NCBI RefSeq assembly: GCF_006345805.1
Contig: NC_043002.1
Coordinates: 93,682,001 to 93,746,000, forward strand
Direction: 5' to 3'
Length of the DNA: 64,000 nucleotides
Source: Octopus sinensis
Lineage: Eukaryota
A model generated the notes under the pieces. It was given only the letters and a program-made list of their open reading frames with translations, made no database searches and was not told the DNA's origin. Made by a program: the position numbers and the translations under genes. Positions 25,853 through 38,137 of the stretch are shown piece by piece (position 1 is the stretch's first letter; each line of letters starts with the position of its first letter).

Positions 25853-25936
25853 ACTGTACTGAGGAAGGGAATAAGTGAGTAGAAATATGATTTTACATCT
25901 TTTTACATCTCTTTAACCCCGAGACGCGTATAAAGT
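25853..25936 (+). ncRNA. Hammerhead copy with mutated core (GAAA>GAGA)
   Basis: ACTGTA-CTGAGGA..GAGA-CGCG-TA-TAAAGT. Confidence 0.6.
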
Positions 25937-26347
25937 TAATGAACGCCGGGTGGATTCGTTATTTTTTTCTCTTTACCGGCGTGAGTTGTAGAGAATTGCT
26001 GTCTGGGAGATATCTTATGGTAGTAGAATAGTATTTTAATAGCCATTTCTAAATTTCGGTATGTGGTGAAGCAAATTTTGCTGAGCCTAAATTGTAATTA
26101 TGCTCATAATTATAGAATTTTTGTATAAGTTTACCGATAATGGTTCTTTTAACATACAGAACTAATTGGTAAAATTATTAATTAATTGATTAATTAATTT
26201 TACCCTTTTCTTCTTCTTCTCTTCTTCTTCTTCTTCTTCTTCTTCTTCTTCTCCTTCTTCTTCTTCTTCTTCTTCTTCTTCTTCTTCTTCTTCTTCCTTC
26301 TTCTTCTTCTTCTTCTTCTTCTTTTCTCTATTATTTATTATTATTAT

Positions 26348-26403
<56 letters not shown>

Positions 26404-26489
26404 ATATATATATATGGCCTGCTCGCTTAGCCAGCGGAGTGGCGTCATTCGAAGACTAAAACATCTGATGGTCTGGTCGGTCACGTGAT

Positions 26490-26531
<42 letters not shown>

Positions 26532-26784
26532 ATATATATATATATATATATATACATATATACATACATATATATACATACATACATATATATATACATA
26601 TACATATACATATACATGTATATATATATTATATATACAACGCATAAAAAAGAAGAAGCGAGTGAGAGAGAGAAAGAGGGAGATAGATAGTTAGATAGAG
26701 TTAGAGAGAGGGAGAGGAGAGGAGAGAGAGAGTAGAGAGAGAGAGAGAGAGAGAGATGAGAGGAGGAGAGAGGGAGAGAGCGGA

Positions 26785-26815
<31 letters not shown>

Positions 26816-27060
26816 TCGTGAAGAATTTAGCGGGGACAGGAGCTAGTTCTGAAGTGCATTGTTTAGTGGTGACTGAAGAGGGTTCGTCAAAACCAGTCAT
26901 ATTTCGTACTTTGCAACTGATTCTACGTAATGACAAGACTAAGAAAAGTTTCAGAGGAGTTTTGTTGAGTGTTTGCAATATGGAGTTGAGGGCAAAGCAA
27001 CAAGCAAAAAAATGGAACATTTTTCAACGGATATGCTACAGACTGAGGCATCTTTGTTAA

Positions 27061-27232
27061 CCCCTTACCCAACAATTATTTTGAAAATAAATGTATTTTT
27101 TCAGACATATTTTTTAATTGTTTTAATTCAGACAGATTTTGGCGAGTCTATCTTTTGACGAGTTAACTCGCCAGAGATAGAGAAAAACGATTTCGGTCAA
27201 AACGCATATATTCGTTTCTGCCGGGTAAGGGG
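27061..27232. mobile_element. piggyBac-type MITE
   Basis: TTAA|CCCCTTACCC ... GGGTAAGGGG|TTAA. Confidence 0.75.
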
Positions 27233-27688
27233 TTAAAGAATAGTAGGTAGGAGGTTACTGCAAAGTTGATAAAAATTCTCTTGATAGCTTCCAGAACTTT
27301 CGGAAAAGCTCTCAGATTTTTGCATTGCATAAAAGATTTTATTTTCTAACAAATTTTATTGGCATTGTGATGAAAGAGTTGCAGGTAGTGTTCATTGCTT
27401 ATAATGCCGCAGTATTTTGGAGTTACATAGTTTGGTTATGCGAGTAATGTTTAGGAGCATGGTTTCGGTCAGCTCTTTGTCGCTTCAGGTGACTCTGGTA
27501 TATGACATATTTGCTCTCGGGGTAGGTGGGGGTAGTCGAATAAAACAAGAAGATTCCTCATCCGTTAATGAGCTGACTTAGAAGACTGTTTAGGTTGCGC
27601 GTATTGTATGAAGGAAGCAATAGGAAGAGGTGTGATGTGTTGGCTTCATTAGGCAGTACTCAGGTGTTACAATGGATTGAGAGACAGT

Positions 27689-28032
27689 GTGAGTGTGACC
27701 CCCTTCGGTCAGACACTGACCATGGGATTGCACCTAGAGAGTTACCCTCTGAGGCGTAAGTCTGGGCAAGGTTGTTTTATGGAAGACCAGCAGTCGCCCA
27801 TGCATACCGGGCTCCCCTCTCCACGTCACCGATGTTGTCCAAGGGAAAGGCAAGGGCCGATAGAGCTTGGCACCTGCGACGTCGCAACTCATTTCTACAG
27901 CTGAGTGAACTGGAGCAACGTGAAATAAAGTGTCTTGCTCAAGAACACAACACGCAGCCCGGTCCGGGATTCGAGCTCACAACCTCACAATCGTAAGCTT
28001 GACGCTCTAACCACTGTGCCACGCGCCTTCAC
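27689..28032 (-). mobile_element. SINE family D, full length with 11-bp TSD
   Basis: tRNA-like head GTGAAGGCGCGTGGCACAGTGGTTAG; TSD TGAGAGACAGT at 27678-27688 and 28033-28043. Confidence 0.9.
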
Positions 28033-28551
28033 TGAGAGACAGTAATGCATGAATAAAGGTTAGGTTTGGAGGTGAGAAACAAATCAAGGTTATTCAGTAT
28101 GTTGTGAGTATTAGGAATATGGTAGGAGTTGATTATAATTGATGCAGACATACGGGTCAGTGTGAAAACTAACTTGTGTAAGCATACGGGCAGGTGTGGA
28201 TACTTACGAACTGGTGCTGAGAATCGTGGGTGGTAAATGATTTGGTTTCTGTTCCAGCAGCGCCAGTGATGATGGCCTGCGAGAGCCAGTAGGGGTTAAG
28301 TCTCTAGGTACGGCGAACTAAGAGAGAGGTGAAATAAGAGAGATGTCTTCAATGCAGGAAGTGAGTTGGTTCTCTTCAAGATCATGAAAAATATTAGTTC
28401 AGAGCAACGATGGACTACAGTTTTCATATCTGAGCTGACTCAGATTTTTCTATCTCGCACCCTCGACCGCATACAGGAAAAAAGTCATTCAACTTGATTG
28501 ACGTAAAAAGTCCAAGTGAAATATATTATTTTGCCGCGATAAAGAAGATAA

Positions 28552-28586
28552 CTCTGACGTTTCGGATAGAATTCTTCGTCAGAGAG
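28552..28586 (-). ncRNA. Minimal hammerhead motif
   Basis: CTCT-CTGACGA-AGAATTCTATCC-GAAA-CG-TC-AGAG. Confidence 0.6.
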
Positions 28587-28849
28587 AGATATTAAATGCT
28601 TACTAGAGGTGGTGGTAATAAATAGATTGGGAGTAATAGTGAGTGCGAGAATATAAGTAATAGGGAAGAATAAGAGAGGAAGAGGCCATTAGGTGGAACA
28701 AGTTTTATCAGGAAGATACCGGTCGAAGTGTGGGAACCCCCTCTACCACCAAAGCGCTGACGTTTTAAAAAAGTTAGATAAGTAAAATCTTGACTTCGTG
28801 TCTATTATGGCATTTGACCATGGACAACAGATCTCAAAAAGGGTTAAGA

Positions 28850-29400
28850 ACAAGCCCCACTTCGGCCTCTGTTACCATGACGAAGTTGGATACCTTATGG
28901 AAAAAGCAATTCCATTAATTTGCTAACATGACCGGAAGTGTACAAGTCTCAGGCAACTTGGAGCTTTCTGTACACGTGTGAGAGCTGGAATCTTACAGCT
29001 GACATGGAAGGAATAATCCAGACATTTGAGCACAAGTGCTTCAGAAGTCTGTTACACATCCCGTACACAGAGCACAAAACGAACAGCTTTGTCAAGCAAC
29101 AAGTTACAAAATTGCTGGCAGAGAGGAACCACTCCTTGTGCAGGTAAAAAGATGGAAGCTTGCTTGATATGGTCACGTATCCCACCACAACTCACTGTCC
29201 CAAACTATCCTTCAGGGTACAGTTGAGGGAGGGTGAAAAAGAGCTAGACAGAGAAAATCCTGGTCTGATAACATCAAGAATTGGACAGGTCAGAACACCG
29301 CAACCCTGCTACGCATGGCAGAGAACAGAGAACGCATGACAGAGAACAGAGACCTGTAACGATGGCTGGGAGCAAAATGCGTCTAGGGTGGTACCCAACG
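28850..29400 (+). mobile_element. RTE-clade LINE 3' remnant
   Basis: LYTCESWNLTADME..FEHKCFRSLLHIPYTEHKTN..YGHV..ILQGTVEG..KSWSDNIKNWTG. Confidence 0.85.
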
Positions 29401-29749
29401 TCTAGCTGTATCAGTTAAGATAACTTAATGTGTCAGGGGTTAATATTAGAATCGATGACTAACTTTCGCACTGCCATGCGTTGTTCTCTACTTAGGTCAC
29501 TGTCAAAATATACCTTGATCTTCAGTACTTACTGGTAACAATTCACCCTCACACAATTCCCTGCCACATCTGTTTCATTCATCACCATGCTTTTACTACT
29601 AATTGAACCTTGTCTTCATTCTCAAACCCTGCTGCCGAACATTACATAGAAGTTTTCATGCTAAGAATCACAGCACCCTGAAAAGCCTTCCTCTATCATC
29701 TGTTCTTACGTTAAAGTCCAAATGAACACTCTTCAATAAGATATCTCTC

Positions 29750-30183
29750 TCTCTTTTATCTCTTTTTACTTGTTTCAGTTATCTGACTGCGGCCATGCTG
29801 CAGCACCGCCTTTAGTCGAGCAAAAATCGACCCAGGACCTATTCTTTGGAAGCCTAGTGCTTATTCTATCGGTCTCTTTTGCCGAACCGCTAAGTTACGG
29901 GGACGTAAAAAATTCACCATCGGTTGTCAAGCGATGTTGGTGGGGTAGGGTGACAAACACAGACACACAAACGTATACACACACACACACACACACACAA
30001 ATATATACATATATACGACGGGCCTCTTTCAGTTTCTGTCTACCAAATCCACTCACAAGGCTTTGGTCGGCCCGAGTCTATAGTAGAAGACACTTGCCCA
30101 AGGTGCCACGCAGTGGGACTGAACCCGGAACCATGTGGTTGGTAAGCCAGCAAGCTACTTACCACACAGCCACTCCTGCGCCT
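29750..30183 (-). mobile_element. SINE family A, full length
   Basis: Family A head and tail. Confidence 0.9.
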
Positions 30184-30562
30184 ATATAATAATTTTCTTT
30201 TCTCAAAAGCCTCCGATTTGAGAATGCCTCTTCACGAGCTGAGATCAAAATCCAATTTCCTCCTCAGATACAATCCAAGCATACGATTATTTCAAATTTA
30301 GACACAAGGATAACAATTTTTGAGGGGCGGGGTCTAGTTGATTAAGTCGACCCCAATACTTTATTAGTACTTCATTTTACCGACTCCGAAAGGATGAAAA
30401 GCAAAGTTGCCCTCGACGGAATTTAGACTCAGATCTTAAAGAGCTGGTAGGAATACCGCAAAGAATTTTGTCCGACGCTCTGACGACACTTCCAATCCAC
30501 TATCGTGGTTCTCCTTCAAGGATCCGCGCACACACAAACACATACTGACTTGTTGAAAAGTA

Positions 30563-31078
30563 CTGTAAATCCTCGAGTATAGTCCGCCCTTGAGTATAAT
30601 ACGAAGGGGATTTTTAGGGGGCTGTACCTCTGAAAAACCTAAACCTTGTGTATAATATGCACCCCTTCTCTAACTTGAGTCAAGGAGCTCTATATAATGT
30701 CCTTGGTTTGTAAAAATGTATGCGGTAACATCCTTTATTATTATTATTATATATATAACATAATGCAAACGTGTAGCTTTTTTGTGCATTTTGTTTGCAG
30801 AAAATAAAGAAATAACAGTAATAACGTTTAATAAATGGTGCTTACGGCAAGTTATGGATGATTCTTTTATGACTTCATTGCTTTCAGGCTTAGCTTAATA
30901 TATTTTCGCGCCTGATATCACAAAATGCGTCTGAATAAACATTGCCGGACAGCAAATAGAGACTCAGACATAACTTAGAAAATATTTTTTCATTTTTAAC
31001 CTCGTATATAGTACGCACTAGGGATTTTGACCTTTAAATTTTGGGGAAAAAATGCGGATTATACTTGAGGATTTGCGG
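30563..31078. mobile_element. pogo/Tigger-like MITE
   Basis: TA|CTGTAAATCCTCGAGTATAGTCCGC ... GCGGATTATACTTGAGGATTTGCGG|TA. Confidence 0.8.
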
Positions 31079-31307
31079 TACTTTTTTTTTTTTACAACAA
31101 ACAGCGGCTGTGCCCTAAATATCATATTTACATAGTGAATTTACATACGAGTTTCTTCTCTTTGTTTGTTTGTTTGTCTGTCTGTCTGTCTTGTCTATCA
31201 ATTTATCTATCTATTTGTCAGCCTTGTCTGCCTGCATGCCTGCCTGTCTGTCTGTCTGCATGCCTGCCTGTTTGCCTGCACGCCTGCCTTTCTATCTATC
31301 TGTCTGT

Positions 31308-31534
31308 CGAGCTGGCAGAATCGTTAGCACGCCGGGCGAAATGCGTAGCCGTATTTCGTCTGCCGTTACGTTCTGAGTTCAAATTCCGCCGAGGTCGACT
31401 TTGCACTTCATCCTTTCGGGGTCGATAAATTAAGTACCAGTTACGCACTGGGGTCGATGTAATCGACTTAATCCGTTTGTCTGTCCTTGTTTATCCTCTC
31501 TGTGTTTAGCCCCTTGTGGGTAGTAAAAGAAATA
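31308..31534 (+). mobile_element. SINE family C, full length, inside a TATC/TGTC microsatellite
   Basis: GAGCTGGCAGAATCGTTAG head, B-box GAGTTCAAATTCC, tail AGCCCCTTGTGGGTAGTAAAAGAAATA. Confidence 0.88.
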
Positions 31535-31775
31535 TATCTGTCTGTCTGCCTGCCTGCCTGCCTGCCTCTCTGCTTGCCCGCCTGTCTGTCTGTTTCTTGT
31601 CTTCTCTCCCCTTTCCCCTCACCCTAGATCTTTCGATTACATTAAGGCTCCGTAGGGATTTATAATCTGAGATGATAATCTTTGGTTAGTACAAAACTGC
31701 ACCACTTGGTAGTTTGCACGATTCTAGCGTTACCCAAGTTTGCTGGTTTTTCCACACTGAGATTACGCCACTGAT

Positions 31776-31819
<44 letters not shown>

Positions 31820-31945
31820 AAGAGAATGAAAGAAAGTTTTAAAGTAAAAGACAAAAAGAGATAAGGAGGGAGAGAAAAGTTGATAAAAGAGAAAAAAGGA
31901 AGGGGAGGAAGAAAAAAGAAAGACAAAAATTGAAATAGAGAGGTG

Positions 31946-31989
<44 letters not shown>

Positions 31990-31998
31990 CATCCGTCC

Positions 31999-32081
<83 letters not shown>

Positions 32082-32094
32082 CATCCATCCATCC

Positions 32095-32149
<55 letters not shown>

Positions 32150-32192
32150 CAACCATCCATCCATCCATCCATCTATCTATCTATCTATCTAT

Positions 32193-34234
32193 TTGGAGGC
32201 AGTCCTGAGAGCGGCTGGTTTCGGTCCCGTCTTCCGCGGCTGGATAGCTGCCTTGTACAGAGGCATCCGTTCGGTAATTCGCGTAAATGGACATCTATCG
32301 AGACCTTTCGACATTGCACGTTCGGTCCGTCAGGGATGCCCCCTCTCGGCGCTTCTATACGTTTGACTCTTGAGCCACTACTGCGGAAGCTGGCGACTCT
32401 AAGGGGCATCCCGCGAGAATTGGGATGCGGGACGAGCGTGTCTGCATACGCGGACGACGTCACCGTCATAGTGTCTAGCAACGAGCACATCGAGCTGGTC
32501 GGCGAGACACTGAAAAACTACGAAGCGGTGACAGGAGCGAAAATCAACCGGAAAAGTCAGTGGGCTTGCGACTAGGCAGGCACCTGGAGAAGCAAGCCCA
32601 TGCCGTCCACCAGCGCCTCCGTCGTGGGACGCTGGACCGACGGCCCGGTTGAGTTGCTCGGGGTCTGGTTCGGTCCGGACCTCCAAGTGAGAAAGAACTG
32701 GAACGAGATAACGAGTAGGGTGGTCACTCTCGCCCGGCAATGGGCCGAGAGGAAACTGTCCCTAAAAGGTCGAGCGGAGGTGGCGAACACGTACATCGCG
32801 TCCGTCATCTACTACCGCCTGACCGTCGTACCTTGTCCCGACCCTACCCATCACAAACTACAACGCATCCTCTTTCGCTTCTTGTGAAAGGATGCGTCCC
32901 GATGGTCAGGCGATCCATTTGCTGTCAACACCCGTTAAAAGGAGGGCTGGGCATGCCGTGGTTGATGATGCGCAGACACGCGCTGAGACTGCGACATATC
33001 TGGCTCTATGTAGACGACGGTGAACAGGTGTGGTCACCGTTTGTGAGGCACGCTTTCCCGCAGCTCGTCTCCATGACCGAACTGCAGTCGTGGATCAAAA
33101 AGAGGCCGAGGAAGGCGAATGGCACCGCGAGTGTCGCGTTGCTCTCAAGCAACTCTGCCGTCCTGGGTCGACCTTAAGTGACTTCAACACAACCAAAGCA
33201 TTCTATAGGGGTTTAGTGGAGGGGAGGTACGACGACGAGCTCGGGGCGAACCTGGACGTCGACGAGGAGTACCTGACCCGCCTGTTCGGACGACTTTCGG
33301 CCAGGCCCCATGGACAACTTCCAGAGATCCCTGGCCTGGCAGTGCTACCGAGAAGCGCTACCCCGTTCGGGATAAGCTCTACAGACACGGCTCGAGAACA
33401 CGGGGCCGACCTGCCCGAGATGCGGTCAGAGCGACGAAACCGTTCTGCACGCACTCGTTCAGTGTCCAACAATTTCCGACCTGTGGGCTTATGTCGAACA
33501 ACTGCTGTCACGTGTGGGACGAGTCGGTTTTATTATCACTGAGTCTATCGTCAATATTGTCACGCCTCCTTCCTTCAAACGGGAAGGAAGAGCTATTTTC
33601 ATCATCCTTGTGGCTATGGCGAAAGAATGTATCTGGTGGACGCGTCTGAAAGGATTGGAGACAAACACTTTCCTCTCTGGTCATCTCTCATCAACTTCTT
33701 CAAGTACCACTTGAAAAGGAAAGTGAGAGTAGAGAGGCAATTTTTGTCTAGCGAATGTTTTAAAAAAAGATGGGTGAATGTAGCAAGAATGGCACGTATG
33801 AATGACGAAGCCACCTTGAGCATAGTCCTATGAACCCAGAAATCGAAAACAGAGAGTTGCTTATTTGCAAAAAAAAAAAAAAAAAAAAGAAATATAAATG
33901 TGACTTCATTGACCGAGGTTACCGTGGTCTTTTCCGTAGGCTTTTTCTTTCCACGGGTAAACCTCACCTGTCCTCCCCTTTACACTTCATATTGACATTT
34001 CTGTGATAACGATCCCTATTGATCAATTTTTTTTTCCTCTCCCCCTTTTTTTTTTTTTTTTTTTTTTAACCCCCCTTTTTTTTTGTCCTCTTTCCTCTCC
34101 TTTTACGATCCCTTTTGATCGAAACTCCCCCCTTCCTTTTTCTTTTTTTTTTTTTTTAAACCTTCAAAAGAAAAGCTCTACTTGTAATTTGTTCTATCTG
34201 TGTGCAGCCGCCCTGTGTGGCTAATAAAGAAACA
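32193..34234 (+). mobile_element. 5'-truncated Tx1/L1-group LINE (frameshifted ORF2) inserted in (TATC)n
   Basis: QG.PL..LEPLLRKL, SAYADDVTV, LSLKGRAEVAN, GGLGMP, zinc finger CPRCGQSDETVLHALVQC; stop at 33833; AATAAA at 34223. Confidence 0.9.
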
Positions 34235-34287
34235 TATCTATCTATCTATCTATCCATCCATCCATCCATCCATCCATCCATCTATCT

Positions 34288-34335
<48 letters not shown>

Positions 34336-34336
34336 C

Positions 34337-34367
<31 letters not shown>

Positions 34368-34368
34368 C

Positions 34369-34420
<52 letters not shown>

Positions 34421-34461
34421 GTATGTATGTATGTATGTATGTATGTATGTATGTATGTATG

Positions 34462-34497
<36 letters not shown>

Positions 34498-34522
34498 CAT
34501 CCATCCATCCATCCATCCATCC

Positions 34523-34555
<33 letters not shown>

Positions 34556-34571
34556 CCTATCTATCTATCTA

Positions 34572-34605
<34 letters not shown>

Positions 34606-34643
34606 ACTATGTATGTATGTATGTATGTATGTATGTATGTATG

Positions 34644-34710
<67 letters not shown>

Positions 34711-35415
34711 AGAGAGACAGACAGGGGGAGGAAATAGATAGATAGATAGATGTAGAGATAGAGTAATTATGTTATTGTAAGGATGTTGTGGGATGTGTTG
34801 CAAGATAGACTTTTCATATTAAATGTAAAAATAACAGCAGCGACAAAACTAGGTGAGTTTTTCTGTTAAGAGTTAAGTAGGACAGACATAGATATAGAAA
34901 GGTAGCTGAGGTGGGGATTAAGAGATTGGCGGGAGCGGCGATTACAGTGTGAAGTTTGTGAGAAAGGTGTTACGTGTAGTATGAGGGAGGTAGGCTGCGA
35001 AGGGAGGAAGGCCGTGTGAGGGGTGAGTTTATGAATAGCGTAGTGTAACAGAGGATGAGTGGGTGGCGAGTGTGTGGTGTGTGTGTATGTGTGTGTGTGT
35101 GTGTGTGGTGTGTGTTTTGTTATGTGTAGGAAGGTAAGTAGTTATAGGGACGGAGGGAGGGAGGACGAGAGGATGAAGGGAGAATACAGGAAGATGAAGG
35201 CAAGGAAGAGAAGTGAGGAAGGAAGGAAAAAAGACGGAAGAAAATAGTAGTGATGATGACGAGGATAATGATGGAAATGATGATGTTGATGATGATGATG
35301 ACGATGACGACGACGATGATGATAACGACGGACGTACTGGTAGTGGTGGTGGTGGAGTTGGAGATGGTAGCGGTGGAAATGATGGTAGTGATGGTGGTGG
35401 TTATGGTGGTGGTGC

Positions 35416-37620
35416 AAATGATACTGGTGATGGTGGCGATGGTGGTGATGATACTGGTGATGGTGGCGATGGTGGTGATGATACTGGTGATGGTGGCGAT
35501 GGTGGGGATGATACTGGTGATGGTGGCGATGGTGGGGGATGATACTGGTGATGGTGGCGATGGTGGTGATGATACTGGTGATGGTGGCGATGGTGGTGAT
35601 GATACTGGTGATGGTGGCGATGGTGGGGATGATACTGGTGATGGTGGCGATGGTGGGGATGATACTGGTGATGGTGGCGATGGTGGCGATGGTGGGGATG
35701 ATACTGGTGATGGTGGCGATGGTGGGGATGGTGGGGATGATACTGGTGATGGTGGCGATGGTGGCGATGGTGGGGATGATACTGGTGATGGTGGCGATGG
35801 TGGGGATGATACTGGTGATGGTGGCGATGGTGGGGATGATACTGGTGATGGTGGCGATGGTAGGGATGATACTGGTGATGGTGGCGATGGTGGGGGATGA
35901 TACTGGTGATGGTGGCGATGGTGGGGATGATACTGGTGATGGTGGCGATGGTGGGGATGATACTAGTGATGGTGGCGATGGTGGTGATGATACTGGTGAT
36001 GGTGGCGATGGTGGGGGATGATACTGGTGATGGTGGCGATGGTGGGGGATGATACTGGTGATGGTGGCGATGGTGGCGATGGTGGGGATGATACTGGTGA
36101 TGGTGGCGATGGTGGGGATGATACTGGTGATGGTGGCGATGGTGGTGATGATACTGGTGATGGTGGCGATGGTGGCGATGGTGGGGATGATACTGGTGAT
36201 GGTGGCGATGGTGGGGGATGATACTGGTGATGGTGGCGATGGTGGTGATGATACTGGTGATGGTGGCGATGGTGGGGATGATACTGGTGATGGTGGCGAT
36301 GGTGGGGGATGATACTGGTGATGGTGGCGATGGTGGGAATGATACTGGTGATGGTGGCGATGGTGGTGATGATACTGGTGATGGTGGCGATGGTGGGGGA
36401 TGATACTGGTGATGGTGGCGATGGTGGGAGATGATACTGGTGATGGTGGCGATGGTGGGGGATGATACTGGTGATGGTGGCGATGGTGGTGATGATACTG
36501 GTGATGGTGGCGATGGTGGGGATGATACTGGTAATGGTGGCGATGGTGGGGGATGATACTGGTGATGGTGGCGATGGTGGGGGATGATACTGGTGATGGT
36601 GGCGATGGTGGGGGATGATACTGGTGATGGTGGCGATGGTGGGGGATGATACTGGTGATGGTGGCGATGGTGGCGATGGTGGGGATGATACTGGTGATGG
36701 TGGCGATGGTGGGGATGATACTGGTGATGGTGGCGATGGTGGGGATGATACTGGTGGTGTGCGGATGGTGGGTGGTGGGATGATACTGGTGATGGTGGCG
36801 ATGGTGGGGATGATACTGGTAATGGTGGCGATGGTGGGGGATGATACTGTTGATGGTGGCGATGGTGGGGATGATACTGGTGATGGTGGCGATGGTGGTG
36901 ATGATACTGGTGATGGTGGCGATGGTGGGGATGATACTGGTGATGGTGGCGATGGTGGGGATGATACTGGTGATGGTGGCGATGGTGGGGATGATACTGG
37001 TGATGGTGGCGATGGTGGGGATGATACTGGTGATGGTGGCGATGGTAGGGATGATACTGGTGATGGCGGCGATGGTGGGGATGATACTGGTGATGGTGGC
37101 GATGGTGGGGATGATACTGGTGATGGTGGGGATGATACCGGTGATGGTGGCGATGGTGGGGATGATACTGGTGATGGTGGCGACGGTGGGGATGATACTG
37201 GTGATGGTGGCGATGGTGGGGATGATACTGGTGATGGTGGGGATGATACTGGTGATGGTGGCGATGGTGGGGATGATACTGGTGATGGTGGCGATGGTGG
37301 CGTTGATACTGGTGATGGTGGCGATGGTGGGGATGATACTGGTGATGAGGGCGATGGTGGGGAATGATACTGGTGATGGTGGGGATGGTGGGGATGATAC
37401 TGGTGATGGTGGCGATGGTGGGGATGATACTGGTGATGGTGGGGATGATACTGGTGATGGTGGCGATGGTGGTGATAATACTGGTGATGGTGGGGGATGA
37501 TACTGGTGATGGTGGCGATGGTGGGGATGATACTGGTGATGGTGGCGATGGTGGGGCTGATACTGGTGATGTTGGCGATGGTGGGGGATGATACTGGTGA
37601 TGGTGGCGATGGTGGTGGTT
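35416..37620. repeat. Minisatellite, 30-bp unit GATGATACTGGTGATGGTGGCGATGGTGGG (about 70 copies)
   Basis: Visible tandem array with 21-, 31- and 39-bp variants. Confidence 0.95.
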
Positions 37621-38096
37621 GCGGAAACGGTAGTGATGATTGTGGTGATGCAGCGGGTGATGGTAGTGAAGTCGGCAATTGTGATGGTGGTGATGGTAGT
37701 AGTGATGGTGATGGTATGGTGGTGGTGGTAATGGCGATGTAAAAGGAGAAAAGAAAAATATACGAAAAACAAATAAAACAAGAGAAAAAGTACCAACAGC
37801 AACAGTAGCTGCAGTAGTGTGGTAGTAGTAATGATATATATTTTATATTTAAGGCGATGGTGGGGTGTGGTGTGGTGTGGTGGGGTGGGGTGTGGGGGTG
37901 GGAGCGGAATATGTTGAATAAGTATTGGCTGGGATTTCTTGTCGGTTGAGAGACCGTTTAGAAGCTTCCTGATCATGACGCATGTAGAGATGGTGGTGGT
38001 TGTGGTTGTGGTTGAGGTGCTGGTAGTATTGTTGATGATGATGATGATATTGATGATGTGGATGATGACGACGACGACGACGACAACGACGACGAC

Positions 38097-38137
<41 letters not shown>

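Larger units (their letters stand above)
25444..26119. repeat. Long palindrome (arms about 325-335 bp, loop about 18 nt) with a hammerhead in each arm
   Basis: 25444-25767 is the reverse complement of about 25786-26119 with one small indel; abuts (TA)n. Confidence 0.95.
26815..28400 (-). mobile_element. Highly decayed CR1/L2/Jockey-group LINE ORF2 remnant
   Basis: APE-like motif PT..LNNLDLFLTSKP near 28050-28130; pre-RT motif TGFD..KQCTSELAPVPAKFF near 26820-26900. Confidence 0.6.

Noticed and set aside
26868-26902. CTGAAGA..AAAACCAGTC as a hammerhead
   Set aside because: No GAAA or stem I, and it lies within a LINE coding remnant
35416-37620. CRISPR-like periodicity
   Set aside because: Contiguous tandem units with no unique spacers, eukaryotic context and no cas genes
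35142-37976. 944-aa and 571-aa minus-strand ORFs
   Set aside because: The minus strand of the minisatellite has no stop in any frame and the peptide switches repeat type at each indel; not evidence of a gene
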